This document shows, piece by piece, positions 46,531 to 55,071 of a stretch of 64,000 nucleotides of DNA. Location of the stretch: positions 1-64,000 of the IMG/VR virus record IMGVR_UViG_3300025655_000026; one strand, 5' to 3'. Position numbers and translations under genes: made by a program. Position 1 is the stretch's first letter. The number at the start of each line of letters is the position of its first letter. The stretch comes from a virus. The notes beneath the pieces were generated by a model, which was not told where the DNA came from, ran no database searches, and saw only the letters and a list, made by a program, of their open reading frames with translations.

Positions 46531-47432
46531 TCTTCTAAACTCATTTGCATTGTTCCGTTTCTAATACCCGAAACCAACCAGCCCATAGCATTGTAAATTG
46601 GTTCGGCTTTCTTAATTACCTGTTCTGCATAATGTTCCCAATCGGGAGTATAATTATCAAAATCAGCATAAGTTACTCCAGCAACATATTCTACTTGTCT
46701 AGTTTCTTTAGTTAAAGGATGAATAAAAGTTTCATCTGTTTTTACCTTTAAATGCAAATAAGAATCTTCAAACTCCATATCTTTCTGTTGCCAACAATAT
46801 ACAATACCTGCTATTCCAGCAGAAATACTGGGTCGCTTATTTTCTAAAGTTTTAAAATTAGAAACAGATTCTTGACAAGGCATTGAATTCTTATTCTTCT
46901 TATAGCCACAAATTTTCTTATCCCCAATTAAATCCTTAAGATTATGCTTATGATTAAATCTACATCGTAGATTAAATCTATTTTCTTTAAGACGGCTTCT
47001 TTTAATAATTGACTCTAAAGGTATTTGTCCTTTCAAGGTTTCTTGAAAGATATTGTAAAGATGCGTGTTGATTTCCTTTTGAGTCTTTTGAGACACCCAC
47101 ATTTTTAATGCATCAGTTTGAACTTGCTTTGCTAGTTTTGTTTCGCTAACTCTTTTAGCAGTAAACCCTGTCATTGTAAATTTAGGCTTATCTAAGAAAA
47201 CATTATCTTCCCAAATAATCATTCCAGCATTTCTGTTTTTCGTAGTGCCAACGCCAAGAGCCGAATAAAACTTCTCAAATTCCAACACAACGGGATGTTG
47301 TTCAAGTCCGAGAACATTCGGGAACTTTTTCCTAACTTCACTTTGAATCACCTCTAATTTTTCTTTTGCTTCTTCAATACTATCTACTTGAACATAGATA
47401 GAATCAGTATGACCATAGACTACTTTCATCAC
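46521..47432 (-). CDS. polB: Family B DNA polymerase, C-terminal part (motif C, thumb)
   Basis: YGHTDSIY, LEFEK, KNRNAG, GF..KR, DWEHY..Q. Confidence 0.85.
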   Translation of the reverse strand: MMKVVYGHTDSIYVQVDSIEEAKEKLEVIQSEVRKKFPNVLGLEQHPVVLEFEKFYSALGVGTTKNRNAGMIIWEDNVFLDKPKFTMTGFTAKRVSETKLAKQVQTDALKMWVSQKTQKEINTHLYNIFQETLKGQIPLESIIKRSRLKENRFNLRCRFNHKHNLKDLIGDKKICGYKKNKNSMPCQESVSNFKTLENKRPSISAGIAGIVYCWQQKDMEFEDSYLHLKVKTDETFIHPLTKETRQVEYVAGVTYADFDNYTPDWEHYAEQVIKKAEPIYNAMGWLVSGIRNGTMQMSLEEWF

Positions 47433-47677
47433 ATCACATCTGTAAAAATAATTCCTATTGGCTCATTCTTTAATTCAGCAATGGATTCTTGACATTCTCT
47501 AACTGCTAATCCAATTTTGTCTTCTTTATTCATATCAACATGAATAGCATTTATATCTTCTAAAACATCATCTAAATCATTTCTGATTTCTTTCAAAGAA
47601 TTCAGTAGATTGTTGATTGTTTTCTGCAATAATCCAATTGTTATAGTTTGTTCTTTAATTATTTCTTCTAAATTCAT
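47429..47677 (-). CDS. Small coiled-coil protein
   Basis: Heptad pattern; coupled to neighbours. Confidence 0.55.
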   Translation of the reverse strand: MNLEEIIKEQTITIGLLQKTINNLLNSLKEIRNDLDDVLEDINAIHVDMNKEDKIGLAVRECQESIAELKNEPIGIIFTDVM

Positions 47678-47829
47678 AATATTACCACCAGTAATGTAAT
47701 GATAGTTGCTATGTTTACAACATTAACCATCATTAATATTTTGTTGCTTCTTTTTACATTCTCCAGCAACTCGGAGAGAGTTTCTTGTGTTTCTTTTTGC
47801 ACACTAATTAATTCATCTAAATTAAACAT
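47674..47829 (-). CDS. 51-aa tail-anchored coiled-coil membrane protein (not in ORF track)
   Basis: MFNLDELISVQKETQETLSELLENVKRSNKILMMVNVVNIATIITLLVVIL; GAGGTGA RBS; ATGA overlap. Confidence 0.6.
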   Translation of the reverse strand: MFNLDELISVQKETQETLSELLENVKRSNKILMMVNVVNIATIITLLVVIL

Positions 47830-47833
47830 TTAA

Positions 47834-47983
47834 TCACCTCATAACTTCTATTAACTTTGATTTAAAATCACAGTTTTTATTATTACATACAATTTGTAGT
47901 TTGTTTAAACCTGCTTTATTATCGCTAGCAAAATACACCTTGAATTCTTTTTCAAGGCATTTCGGACAAATATAGTTCTTCAT
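47834..47983 (-). CDS. Zinc-ribbon microprotein
   Basis: MKNYICPKC...C....C; start 47983 preferred because of an ATGA overlap. Confidence 0.5.
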   Translation of the reverse strand: MKNYICPKCLEKEFKVYFASDNKAGLNKLQIVCNNKNCDFKSKLIEVMR

Positions 47984-48087
47984 TTCATAACTCTCCTCAT
48001 TCTTAAAAAACAGGGATGACAAATACCCCATTCGGGATGAACAACATGCACTATGTCATAACAAACTTTACAATTATACATACTCAT
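47980..48087 (-). CDS. 35-aa zinc-finger microprotein (not in ORF track)
   Basis: MSMYNCKVCYDIVHVVHPEWGICHPCFLRMRRVMK; ATGA overlaps at both ends. Confidence 0.5.
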   Translation of the reverse strand: MSMYNCKVCYDIVHVVHPEWGICHPCFLRMRRVMK

Positions 48088-48332
48088 AGCCCCCCTCGCA
48101 TCTCCTTTGTCTTAATAGACCAATTTTTATAAGATAAACCTTCTAAACAAATTCCCGTAATTAAGCCAACCACTCCATCAAGAGTCTCAACATTTAGTAA
48201 TATTAAAAGAATAAAAAAAGACCAAATCCAATGATGAATATGATACTTTCCTATGATAATAGAAGAAACTCTTGGTGTAAGATATTTTGCTAATGAATAG
48301 CCTAATATCAAACCAATACTGTATTCAATCAT
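48084..48332 (-). CDS. Small multi-pass membrane protein (HIHHW)
   Basis: Three hydrophobic segments; start 48332 overlaps the upstream stop. Confidence 0.55.
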   Translation of the reverse strand: MIEYSIGLILGYSLAKYLTPRVSSIIIGKYHIHHWIWSFFILLILLNVETLDGVVGLITGICLEGLSYKNWSIKTKEMRGGL

Positions 48333-48568
48333 ATTTCCATCTCCTTCACTATCCAAGCCATTACTCCATAAATAGGATTCGCCCCTTTAATGCACCAACA
48401 AAAGAAACTTCTTTCGTTTTCTTCTTCATATTTCTCCTGTTCTTCTTTACTCCAACGATAAAGACAAGGGCGATAAAAAGGAATATCGCCAGTTTCTTTT
48501 TCTGCTTCTTGAAAAACAATATCTCCTAAACCTTCATGGGGCGGCAATTTATTCAGTTGCGGATTCAT
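48329..48568 (-). CDS. Hypothetical protein
   Basis: ATGA-coupled to the polB N-terminal part. Confidence 0.5.
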   Translation of the reverse strand: MNPQLNKLPPHEGLGDIVFQEAEKETGDIPFYRPCLYRWSKEEQEKYEEENERSFFCWCIKGANPIYGVMAWIVKEMEI

Positions 48569-50238
48569 TCTTCCATCCCCTTTGCTACAAATGCCGCAGT
48601 TCTAATGGCTTCTCTCGCACTAGCAGTAATAGATGCGGCTAAATCAACATCAGCCCATCCAAACCCTTGAAATGCGACTATACCATAAAAGGAAGCCATT
48701 AATCTTTTAACTGCCATTTGATTATTATACCACTTTTGGTATTCACCAGTATTATTCTCTCTCGCTTCTCGCATTTTTTGTTTGTAGTCGTTTCTTAATT
48801 CCTTGAGTTCTAAGACTGCTCTAGGAAGAAGACCTAATTTATCAGTTTTGTAATAAAGCATCTTTTGCTCGGATGCAAGACTGAAATCTCTAGGAGTAAG
48901 AATATTCACGCCTAATTCTGTTGGCTTAGAGGATTTAGTTTCCCATGAGATATTTCTAGCAATCATCATACTCGGATAAAGACCAGCAAAATCAAAAGCG
49001 GCCACATTTAAATGAAGTCCTTGAGTTTGTTCACTAAGAGGGTCATAAATCATAGCCCCTTCATATTCTTCTCTAACTATATCTTTATTGCCAGTCGGTG
49101 CTTTCCAATCAGCATTACGCATGAAATAGATTGAACCCATGTGTGAAGCGTAGAAACATGCATCAAATGGCGCAACTAGAAGCCTTTGTAAAGAAATAAT
49201 GGCCTCACTAGTAAAATTAGTTTCGTCAATTTTTCTTAGTAACTCTACATCTTGAAGCGCATATTGAAAGTAGGCTACTGAATCTTCTAGCCATGCCCTA
49301 CGATAGAACTCATTAGGGTCTTCAAACTTAGTTTCAGCATGTTTACCTTCACCAAAAAGTGTTTGAGAGACATACTCTAAAGATAGAGAAGGCAATGTTC
49401 CTCTTTGAGAATCATTCCATTGTCGCTCAAAGGCTAAATCAAGATTCAATGTAATTCTACCACCGATAGGTTGCTCAATTGGAGAGTAGCCTTTTTCAGC
49501 ATAGGCAAAATGATAGCCGTTGGACTTAGTAAATCCTTTAATCTCTCCAATTGGAGAGATTTTTCTAGCATCAATATCATGAACTACACATCTTTCTAAT
49601 AATTTAGGCAAATCAAACTTTAATCCAAACCAAGCAATCAACATATCGGGGTCATGATTAACCATTAAAAACAGAAATCCATTAATCATATCTTTTTCAT
49701 TTGTGAAACAAAGAAATTTAGTTTCGTAATTTTCAATAGACAACTCTTTGTAAATATCTCCACTAAATTCATTATTAGGACACCAAACAAATTGATAAAA
49801 TGTTTTGGAATAGTTATCAAAAGTCACAATAGCAGTAATAGCCCCATCGTGTTCTCCTCCCTGTTGCCATTCCATATCCCAATACCATTTACGCATAGGA
49901 TATTCATGAAGTGATTTTAATTCATCAACGCAATAGCGAAAATGATAAGGAACATCGGCTTCATATGTTTTAGCGTGTGCATCTTTTGCATTTCTATCAC
50001 TATGCTTTTCATAATAACAACGAACTAAAGATTGTCCTTCTAAATTAACCCAATCTCCTTCAACATAAGTAAATTCTCCATCTAAAAATTTACTTATTGG
50101 ATAATTCGTTGGTCTAGGCGCATTTGAATCAATATAGAAATAAGGAATAAAGTCATTAAATAGTTCTTGTTTCTCACCTTTCTCATTTCTCCAAGAAACA
50201 TAGACTGTATTTTTATTTTTATATTTACTAATAATCAT
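48565..50238 (-). CDS. polB: Family B DNA polymerase, N-terminal part (3'-5' exonuclease, motifs A and B)
   Basis: YEADV, ExoI WDMEW, ExoII FDLP, ExoIII YALQD, motif A DFAGLYPS, motif B KRLMASFYG; stops before motif C. Confidence 0.9.
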   Translation of the reverse strand: MIISKYKNKNTVYVSWRNEKGEKQELFNDFIPYFYIDSNAPRPTNYPISKFLDGEFTYVEGDWVNLEGQSLVRCYYEKHSDRNAKDAHAKTYEADVPYHFRYCVDELKSLHEYPMRKWYWDMEWQQGGEHDGAITAIVTFDNYSKTFYQFVWCPNNEFSGDIYKELSIENYETKFLCFTNEKDMINGFLFLMVNHDPDMLIAWFGLKFDLPKLLERCVVHDIDARKISPIGEIKGFTKSNGYHFAYAEKGYSPIEQPIGGRITLNLDLAFERQWNDSQRGTLPSLSLEYVSQTLFGEGKHAETKFEDPNEFYRRAWLEDSVAYFQYALQDVELLRKIDETNFTSEAIISLQRLLVAPFDACFYASHMGSIYFMRNADWKAPTGNKDIVREEYEGAMIYDPLSEQTQGLHLNVAAFDFAGLYPSMMIARNISWETKSSKPTELGVNILTPRDFSLASEQKMLYYKTDKLGLLPRAVLELKELRNDYKQKMREARENNTGEYQKWYNNQMAVKRLMASFYGIVAFQGFGWADVDLAASITASAREAIRTAAFVAKGMEE

Positions 50239-50242
50239 ATTT

Positions 50243-51013
50243 TCAACCTTCTGTTACTACTGGTGCTTTTATTAACAATCTGTTATTTGACATAATTAAA
50301 ACTGGAAATTCATCTTTTACAAAGAAATTAAGCACTTCACCTTTTCTAAATAATCTATGAAGAGGAGAAGTAAATTGAACTGTTGCCGCTTCTCCATGAG
50401 TATAGACTGCATTCATTGTTTCTTCATATCTGTTTTCTGTGCTTATACGGGAACTAAACTTTACTTCACGATTATCTGTAAAATCTAATCTATATGTTCC
50501 TGCTTTCACTAATTCCATAGATTGCATACATGATTCAAAATCATCGGAAGTTAAAGTAAAGACTCCTTCAAATTTACCTGTTCCAAAAGAAGGAAGTTCA
50601 GTTGGTGAAAGAGTATAAGTTACATCGCCTAAATTCTTATTAAGAGCATTATACATTGCTAAAGAAGTATTATCTAAAATAATAGGTATTGTTGCTTTCT
50701 TACTTCCCGAAGAAAGAGTAATAAAGTCAGTCACATGAAACATTGTGTTTTCGCCAAAGGTTTTACAGTAAGAAAGAATTTGTGAAACATCACAACAACA
50801 AGTTCCATTTTCTTCACCTTGAACAGTAGTATCTGCTCGGACTAGAAAGGTTGCATCTCCATTATATACTCTCAATAAGTTATCATTGAGAACAAAATAA
50901 ACTTCTGTTCCTAAACTGCTATTGGAAAATCCATTTGAAGTAGAATATTTTCCCTTCATTTGAATGCTTTCAAGTAGTTCTCTCATTTCTTTTGTATTCA
51001 TTGTAAATTTCAT
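50243..51013 (-). CDS. Putative sliding clamp (PCNA-like)
   Basis: 256 aa, two-domain alternating pattern, C-terminal FPVLI...LIKAP; adjacent to polB and near RFC. Confidence 0.65.
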   Translation of the reverse strand: MKFTMNTKEMRELLESIQMKGKYSTSNGFSNSSLGTEVYFVLNDNLLRVYNGDATFLVRADTTVQGEENGTCCCDVSQILSYCKTFGENTMFHVTDFITLSSGSKKATIPIILDNTSLAMYNALNKNLGDVTYTLSPTELPSFGTGKFEGVFTLTSDDFESCMQSMELVKAGTYRLDFTDNREVKFSSRISTENRYEETMNAVYTHGEAATVQFTSPLHRLFRKGEVLNFFVKDEFPVLIMSNNRLLIKAPVVTEG

Positions 51014-51937
51014 ATTTTACCCTCCTGTAATTCTTTAATTCCATTCCATTTAATGTTGGGTGGTGTTCCTTCTCTCGTAGTAAAGCGAGTTCCCACTAAA
51101 TTACCATTAGTTCTAGAACCAATGAGTTCTGCAATATAGTGAATTTCACCTTTTATGTTTTTGCGAGAACAATAGATTTCCTGTTCTAATCTACCGCCCC
51201 AATCTTTCCATGCTGGTTGCACACCAACTGGAGAATTGTCTACATATCGTTCTGTTTCATGAGTAATGTAAATAACATCACAATTTAGATTGTAGATAGT
51301 ATCTAGAAGATGATAGAATGTTTTGTTTCTAGCACCATACATATAAGGCATAACCTTAGTAACAATTCTAGGGTTTGGATTAATCTTTAACATACATGAT
51401 TCAAACCATGTATCTACTCCATCAATGATGAAGATAGGATTCTCGCCATTATCAATCTTTTCACGGACATAGCGAATAAACATATGTGAATTTTCTTCAC
51501 TCACTTCAATATCAACCACATTGTCTTTGTTTAATTCAATAGGACAATAAATTTGAATTCTATCAGTAGCATTGTGGTGTTCAATCCATGTTGATTCAAC
51601 GCCTTTATCCCAATCAAGAACATAAATTGGCCTATTAGGGAAATCAAGAGCAATACCCGTCTTTCCAGTTTTAGGTTCACCCCAAATACCTAGAACAAGG
51701 CGAGATTTTCTTTCTGCTCTCTTCTTTTCCATTAATTCACGGAATTTATGATTAAGGAAAATCAAGAGCAATACCCGTCTTTCCAGTTTTAGGTTCACCC
51801 CAAATACCTAGAACAAGGCGAGATTTTCTTTCTGCTCTCTTCTTTTCCATTAATTCACGGAATTTATGATTAAACTCCTCCTGTTTCTTACCAAAATTCA
51901 TGGTAGTCGCTTCACCTGTTTTGCTTGTTATACTCAT
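51010..51937 (-). CDS. Sak4/RadA-like P-loop ATPase, interrupted in this sequence by a 118-bp tandem duplication
   Basis: Walker A GEPKTGKT (present twice), Walker B FIIDG, ITHE; removing one copy gives a single ORF from ATG 51937. Confidence 0.7.
51641..51873. repeat. Direct repeat, 115 bp x2 (51641-51755 and 51759-51873)
   Basis: Copies look identical on manual comparison, separated by GGA; period 118 bp. Confidence 0.92.
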
Positions 51938-52145
51938 TTTTATTCCTCGCATTTTTCCATTGTTTTACTAATTCATCTATTTCTCTTTGATTGCTACAAA
52001 CCAATCGGACTTCTTTTGTTCCGATGTGTAACTTAATGTGATGGTTTCCATCATCCCAATTTTCTTTCATTGTAATGAAGTCTACTCTCGTTAAGTCTAC
52101 TTCCCACTTATTTTCTATTGAAAGAAAAATATCTTTAAACTCCAT
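51912..52145 (-). CDS. Small beta-rich hypothetical protein
   Basis: 77 aa; pattern resembles the neighbouring 52135..52350 protein (possible paralogue). Confidence 0.55.
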   Translation of the reverse strand: MEFKDIFLSIENKWEVDLTRVDFITMKENWDDGNHHIKLHIGTKEVRLVCSNQREIDELVKQWKNARNKNEYNKQNR

Positions 52146-52350
52146 ATCCTTTCACCCCCATGTGAACTTTATACTTTGTTAATAAATATTCAGCATCTTC
52201 AAATTTCATTACTTGAATAATGAAATTAGACATTGAGTGTATCTTAACTTCAACATTTTCTTCATCATATTTATTCCAACTAATATGTTGAACATTATTA
52301 AAATGAATAAATGCTCTTTCTGTTTCAATTGCATTATCATATATTTTCAT
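52135..52350 (-). CDS. Small beta-rich hypothetical protein
   Basis: GAGGTGA RBS before ATG 52350 indicates the true start. Confidence 0.55.
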   Translation of the reverse strand: MKIYDNAIETERAFIHFNNVQHISWNKYDEENVEVKIHSMSNFIIQVMKFEDAEYLLTKYKVHMGVKGYGV

Positions 52351-52362
52351 AATATCACCTCT

Positions 52363-52453
52363 TTTGAATAGGGAAACAGGTTCATGCCGCAAACTGGCAC
52401 TATCTCCGTAGCCCAAACCTTTTCCTGTTATTACTGGATAAACCCTACTCAAA
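52363..52453 (-). ncRNA. Candidate structured intergenic RNA element
   Basis: UUUGAGUAGGG/CCCUAUUCAAA 11-bp closing stem, inner AACAGG/CCUGUU stem and small hairpins. Confidence 0.45.
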
Positions 52454-52471
52454 TTAAAGAGTCAATTCAAC

Positions 52472-53683
52472 TCAAAACCAGTCAAAGTCCTCCTCCGCAG
52501 GAACAGGAACATCAACTGGAGAACCATGTCGTGTTGTGACATAAATTCCAGCCGTATTGATTGTTGCTGGCTCAACTCCATCTTCACCTTGTCGTTGAGA
52601 TGTTCTACCAATAACAATAACAGTAGAACCAATACCAAAGTCAAGTTCAAGATGTTCGGGAATCCAACAAGTTACCATGCCAGTATCGTTTTCATAATCC
52701 ATTTCTGCATTAAGGTCAGTAATGTTGATGATACGATTTCCATTTGAAGTTGGAGTCATATTCATGTTACAAACCGTTCCATCAGTAATGATATATCGGT
52801 CTTTGGCAGGAAGTGTTTGGATAGCCATGTGCCTACGGTCTAATTCAACCAAAGGTGTTAGTTTATCACTAAACTTCTCAACAAGAATTTCTTGAATGTC
52901 ATAAGAACTAACATCACGATAGGCTTCGCTTTCGGGGTCAAGGCTGTCATTCAAAGTAAGACTGTTAAGAGTCTTAGTTGTAGCACCGTAAATATCTTCT
53001 CCGTTATCATTAGCAACACAAATAAAGTGAACCCATGTAAACGGTTGAGGTTGGAAATCAACGGCAGGTTGGTTTTTGTAAGAGAAATAATAAGGTTTCA
53101 TTTCTCCTCCCATAATTGAACCATAAAAGATACCTGCTCTACGATATTGTTCCTTTGGTAGGGGCTTACCGTAATTAGCATTCTTTCCACCACTCATATA
53201 AGATTCGGTTGCATCTAAAGGAATGTAGATTCGGCCATCTTCTAGAGTTTCAGCACCTTCGGGAAGGGCTGAAACAATCTTCTCTTGATATTGTCGGTTG
53301 TGGTATCGGGAGATAACAAACTTACCTAGAGCGTTTTCAGTTGCTTGAGCAACAATACCTTCTTCAAGAGCCTTATCGGAATCACGAAGAAATGCTTCCT
53401 TTGCTTTGTTTCTGTTCCAACTCATCATGTCTCTAGGAGCATCAAGACTTACAAAGAAGCCAAAAGCATTCTTGTAGAGACTGTCTCCACCTGTGCTTCC
53501 TTCATTTCCGCTTTGCTTGCTTCGCTTTACATTTGCTACATAATTTCGCCATAGAGAAATAGCAACAGGGTTTTCTTGTGTCAAGTTGTTCTCTTGACAG
53601 ATACCTGCATACTTCTCCATTGCTTCATCCAGTTCCATTTCTAGAACCTTCGCACCATTTTCAATTTCGGTTTCATAACTCAT
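52472..53683 (-). CDS. Putative single-stranded DNA-binding protein (OB fold, RPA/SSB-like)
   Basis: C-terminal OB-like ITDGTV...INITD..GSTVIVIGR; acidic-aromatic tail EEDFDWF; replication context. Confidence 0.65.
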   Translation of the reverse strand: MSYETEIENGAKVLEMELDEAMEKYAGICQENNLTQENPVAISLWRNYVANVKRSKQSGNEGSTGGDSLYKNAFGFFVSLDAPRDMMSWNRNKAKEAFLRDSDKALEEGIVAQATENALGKFVISRYHNRQYQEKIVSALPEGAETLEDGRIYIPLDATESYMSGGKNANYGKPLPKEQYRRAGIFYGSIMGGEMKPYYFSYKNQPAVDFQPQPFTWVHFICVANDNGEDIYGATTKTLNSLTLNDSLDPESEAYRDVSSYDIQEILVEKFSDKLTPLVELDRRHMAIQTLPAKDRYIITDGTVCNMNMTPTSNGNRIINITDLNAEMDYENDTGMVTCWIPEHLELDFGIGSTVIVIGRTSQRQGEDGVEPATINTAGIYVTTRHGSPVDVPVPAEEDFDWF

Positions 53684-53752
53684 TTTTTCACCTCATTTAC
53701 TTTTTTCTTTTTCATTTTTTTTTGCTTGTTCTATTTGTTAGTGAGTTCGTTC

Positions 53753-54664
53753 TCACATCAATTGACTAATCATCCAAGAGGCTAATACCTTTGGTGTCAT
53801 AGTCATTGACCGCCATTCTGCTTCTCCTATTGTTCTTAGAAACTTAAATTTGACATTACTATCAAGGCCATTAGAGGCAATGATAACATCATGTAGTCCA
53901 TGACAAATTTCTTTGATAGCCTTACCTTTGTAGAGCAAATCATGTATTTCACCTAAGACATTTGTATTTTTATTCAGTATTTTATCAATGATATTTTTGT
54001 ATTCGTCAAGTGTATTTTCTATCTGTTTTGCTAGGGTAGAATTACTAGACTTTGCCGCCTGTATTTCTGTAATTGCCCTACGCATATCACCGTTCATAGC
54101 ATATAAAAAGGATTCAATCTCTTCACTTGAAAACTTAGTAATTGCTTCCTTAGCGAGAATTGATGAAATGACATGCATCATATCAGCATGACCTAATGGC
54201 TTAAAATGATAGTTTGCACATCGGCTTTGAAGTGCAAAGATAATTTTGTTACGGTCATTACAGGTAATGATGAAGCGAATGTTAGAAGAGTATCTTTCCA
54301 TGATTCTCTTAAGCGCATTCTGTGCGTCTGTGGTCATCCCATCCATTTCATCTAGCAAACACATACGGAACGGAACAGAACCAATGCTGGCGTTTCTAGC
54401 GATGTTCTTAATGGCGTTCCTAACAGTCTCCAATTTTCTATCATCGGAGGCATTAATCTCAAAGAAGTTATCATTGAAATTCTCGCCTAGCATTTCTTTA
54501 CCTAGAATAATTCCAGCAGTTGTTTTTCCATTTCCCGAATTGCCATAAATTAAAACATTAGGCATTTCTTTTTCGTCAATCCAAGATTGAGCATCCATTG
54601 TAAAGTGTTGTTGTCCTACAATTTGGCTAATCTTATTAGGTCTATATTTTTCAGTCCATAGCAT
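53753..54664 (-). CDS. rfcS: Replication factor C small subunit (clamp loader)
   Basis: WTEKYRP, GNSGNGKTT, EINASD, LDEMD, AQNALKR, LQSRC, GDMRRA. Confidence 0.95.
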   Translation of the reverse strand: MLWTEKYRPNKISQIVGQQHFTMDAQSWIDEKEMPNVLIYGNSGNGKTTAGIILGKEMLGENFNDNFFEINASDDRKLETVRNAIKNIARNASIGSVPFRMCLLDEMDGMTTDAQNALKRIMERYSSNIRFIITCNDRNKIIFALQSRCANYHFKPLGHADMMHVISSILAKEAITKFSSEEIESFLYAMNGDMRRAITEIQAAKSSNSTLAKQIENTLDEYKNIIDKILNKNTNVLGEIHDLLYKGKAIKEICHGLHDVIIASNGLDSNVKFKFLRTIGEAEWRSMTMTPKVLASWMISQLM

Positions 54665-54673
54665 TTTTATTCC

Positions 54674-54829
54674 TCATGATACATATTGTAATACATTCAT
54701 TCTTTTAGCATAATTATATCTTCTACATTCTAAACAACGAACTTCTTTTGCTAAAGATACTTCGCAGTTATAGCAATTGTTACAGATATAAACTCTCCAT
54801 GTTAAATTTTTAATTTTTCTTAATCTCAT
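54674..54829 (-). CDS. 51-aa zinc-ribbon microprotein, Rpo12/RPB12-like pattern (not in ORF track)
   Basis: ...VYICNNCYNCEVSLAKEVRCLECRRYNYAKR...; GAGGAATAAAAATG start context. Confidence 0.55.
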   Translation of the reverse strand: MRLRKIKNLTWRVYICNNCYNCEVSLAKEVRCLECRRYNYAKRMNVLQYVS

Positions 54830-54831
54830 TT

Positions 54832-55071
54832 TTATTCCTCTTCATAAGTCCACATAGCGGGATAATCTTCATTCACTTTGGTAAATCTACCACTAAGAAT
54901 ATTGGTTAGAGTTCCCATTGAAGGGGCATCTCTCCATTTTTTTCTTATATTTCTTTTTTTATCATTATAGGCTACTAGATTTTGAAGCCTATCATAAATC
55001 TCAACAGTATCTAAAACATCGTCTTTCAACATTATCTTTAATTTTTCAATAATTCTTACATTTCTAACCAT
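54832..55071 (-). CDS. Small winged-helix-like protein
   Basis: LDTVEIYDRL...PSMGTLTNILS..F.KV...W. Confidence 0.55.
   Translation of the reverse strand: MVRNVRIIEKLKIMLKDDVLDTVEIYDRLQNLVAYNDKKRNIRKKWRDAPSMGTLTNILSGRFTKVNEDYPAMWTYEEE

Noticed and set aside
47433-48564. Intein or intron explaining the polB split
   Set aside because: No Cys/Ser...His-Asn intein termini; the gap is filled with coupled ORFs; each half has its own start and stop
51756-51798. N-terminus MNLKLERRVLLLIFL of ORF 51010..51798
   Set aside because: Out-of-frame reading of the duplicated segment
52363-52453. tRNA or hammerhead ribozyme
   Set aside because: No T-loop GTTC consensus or cloverleaf spacing; no CUGANGA core
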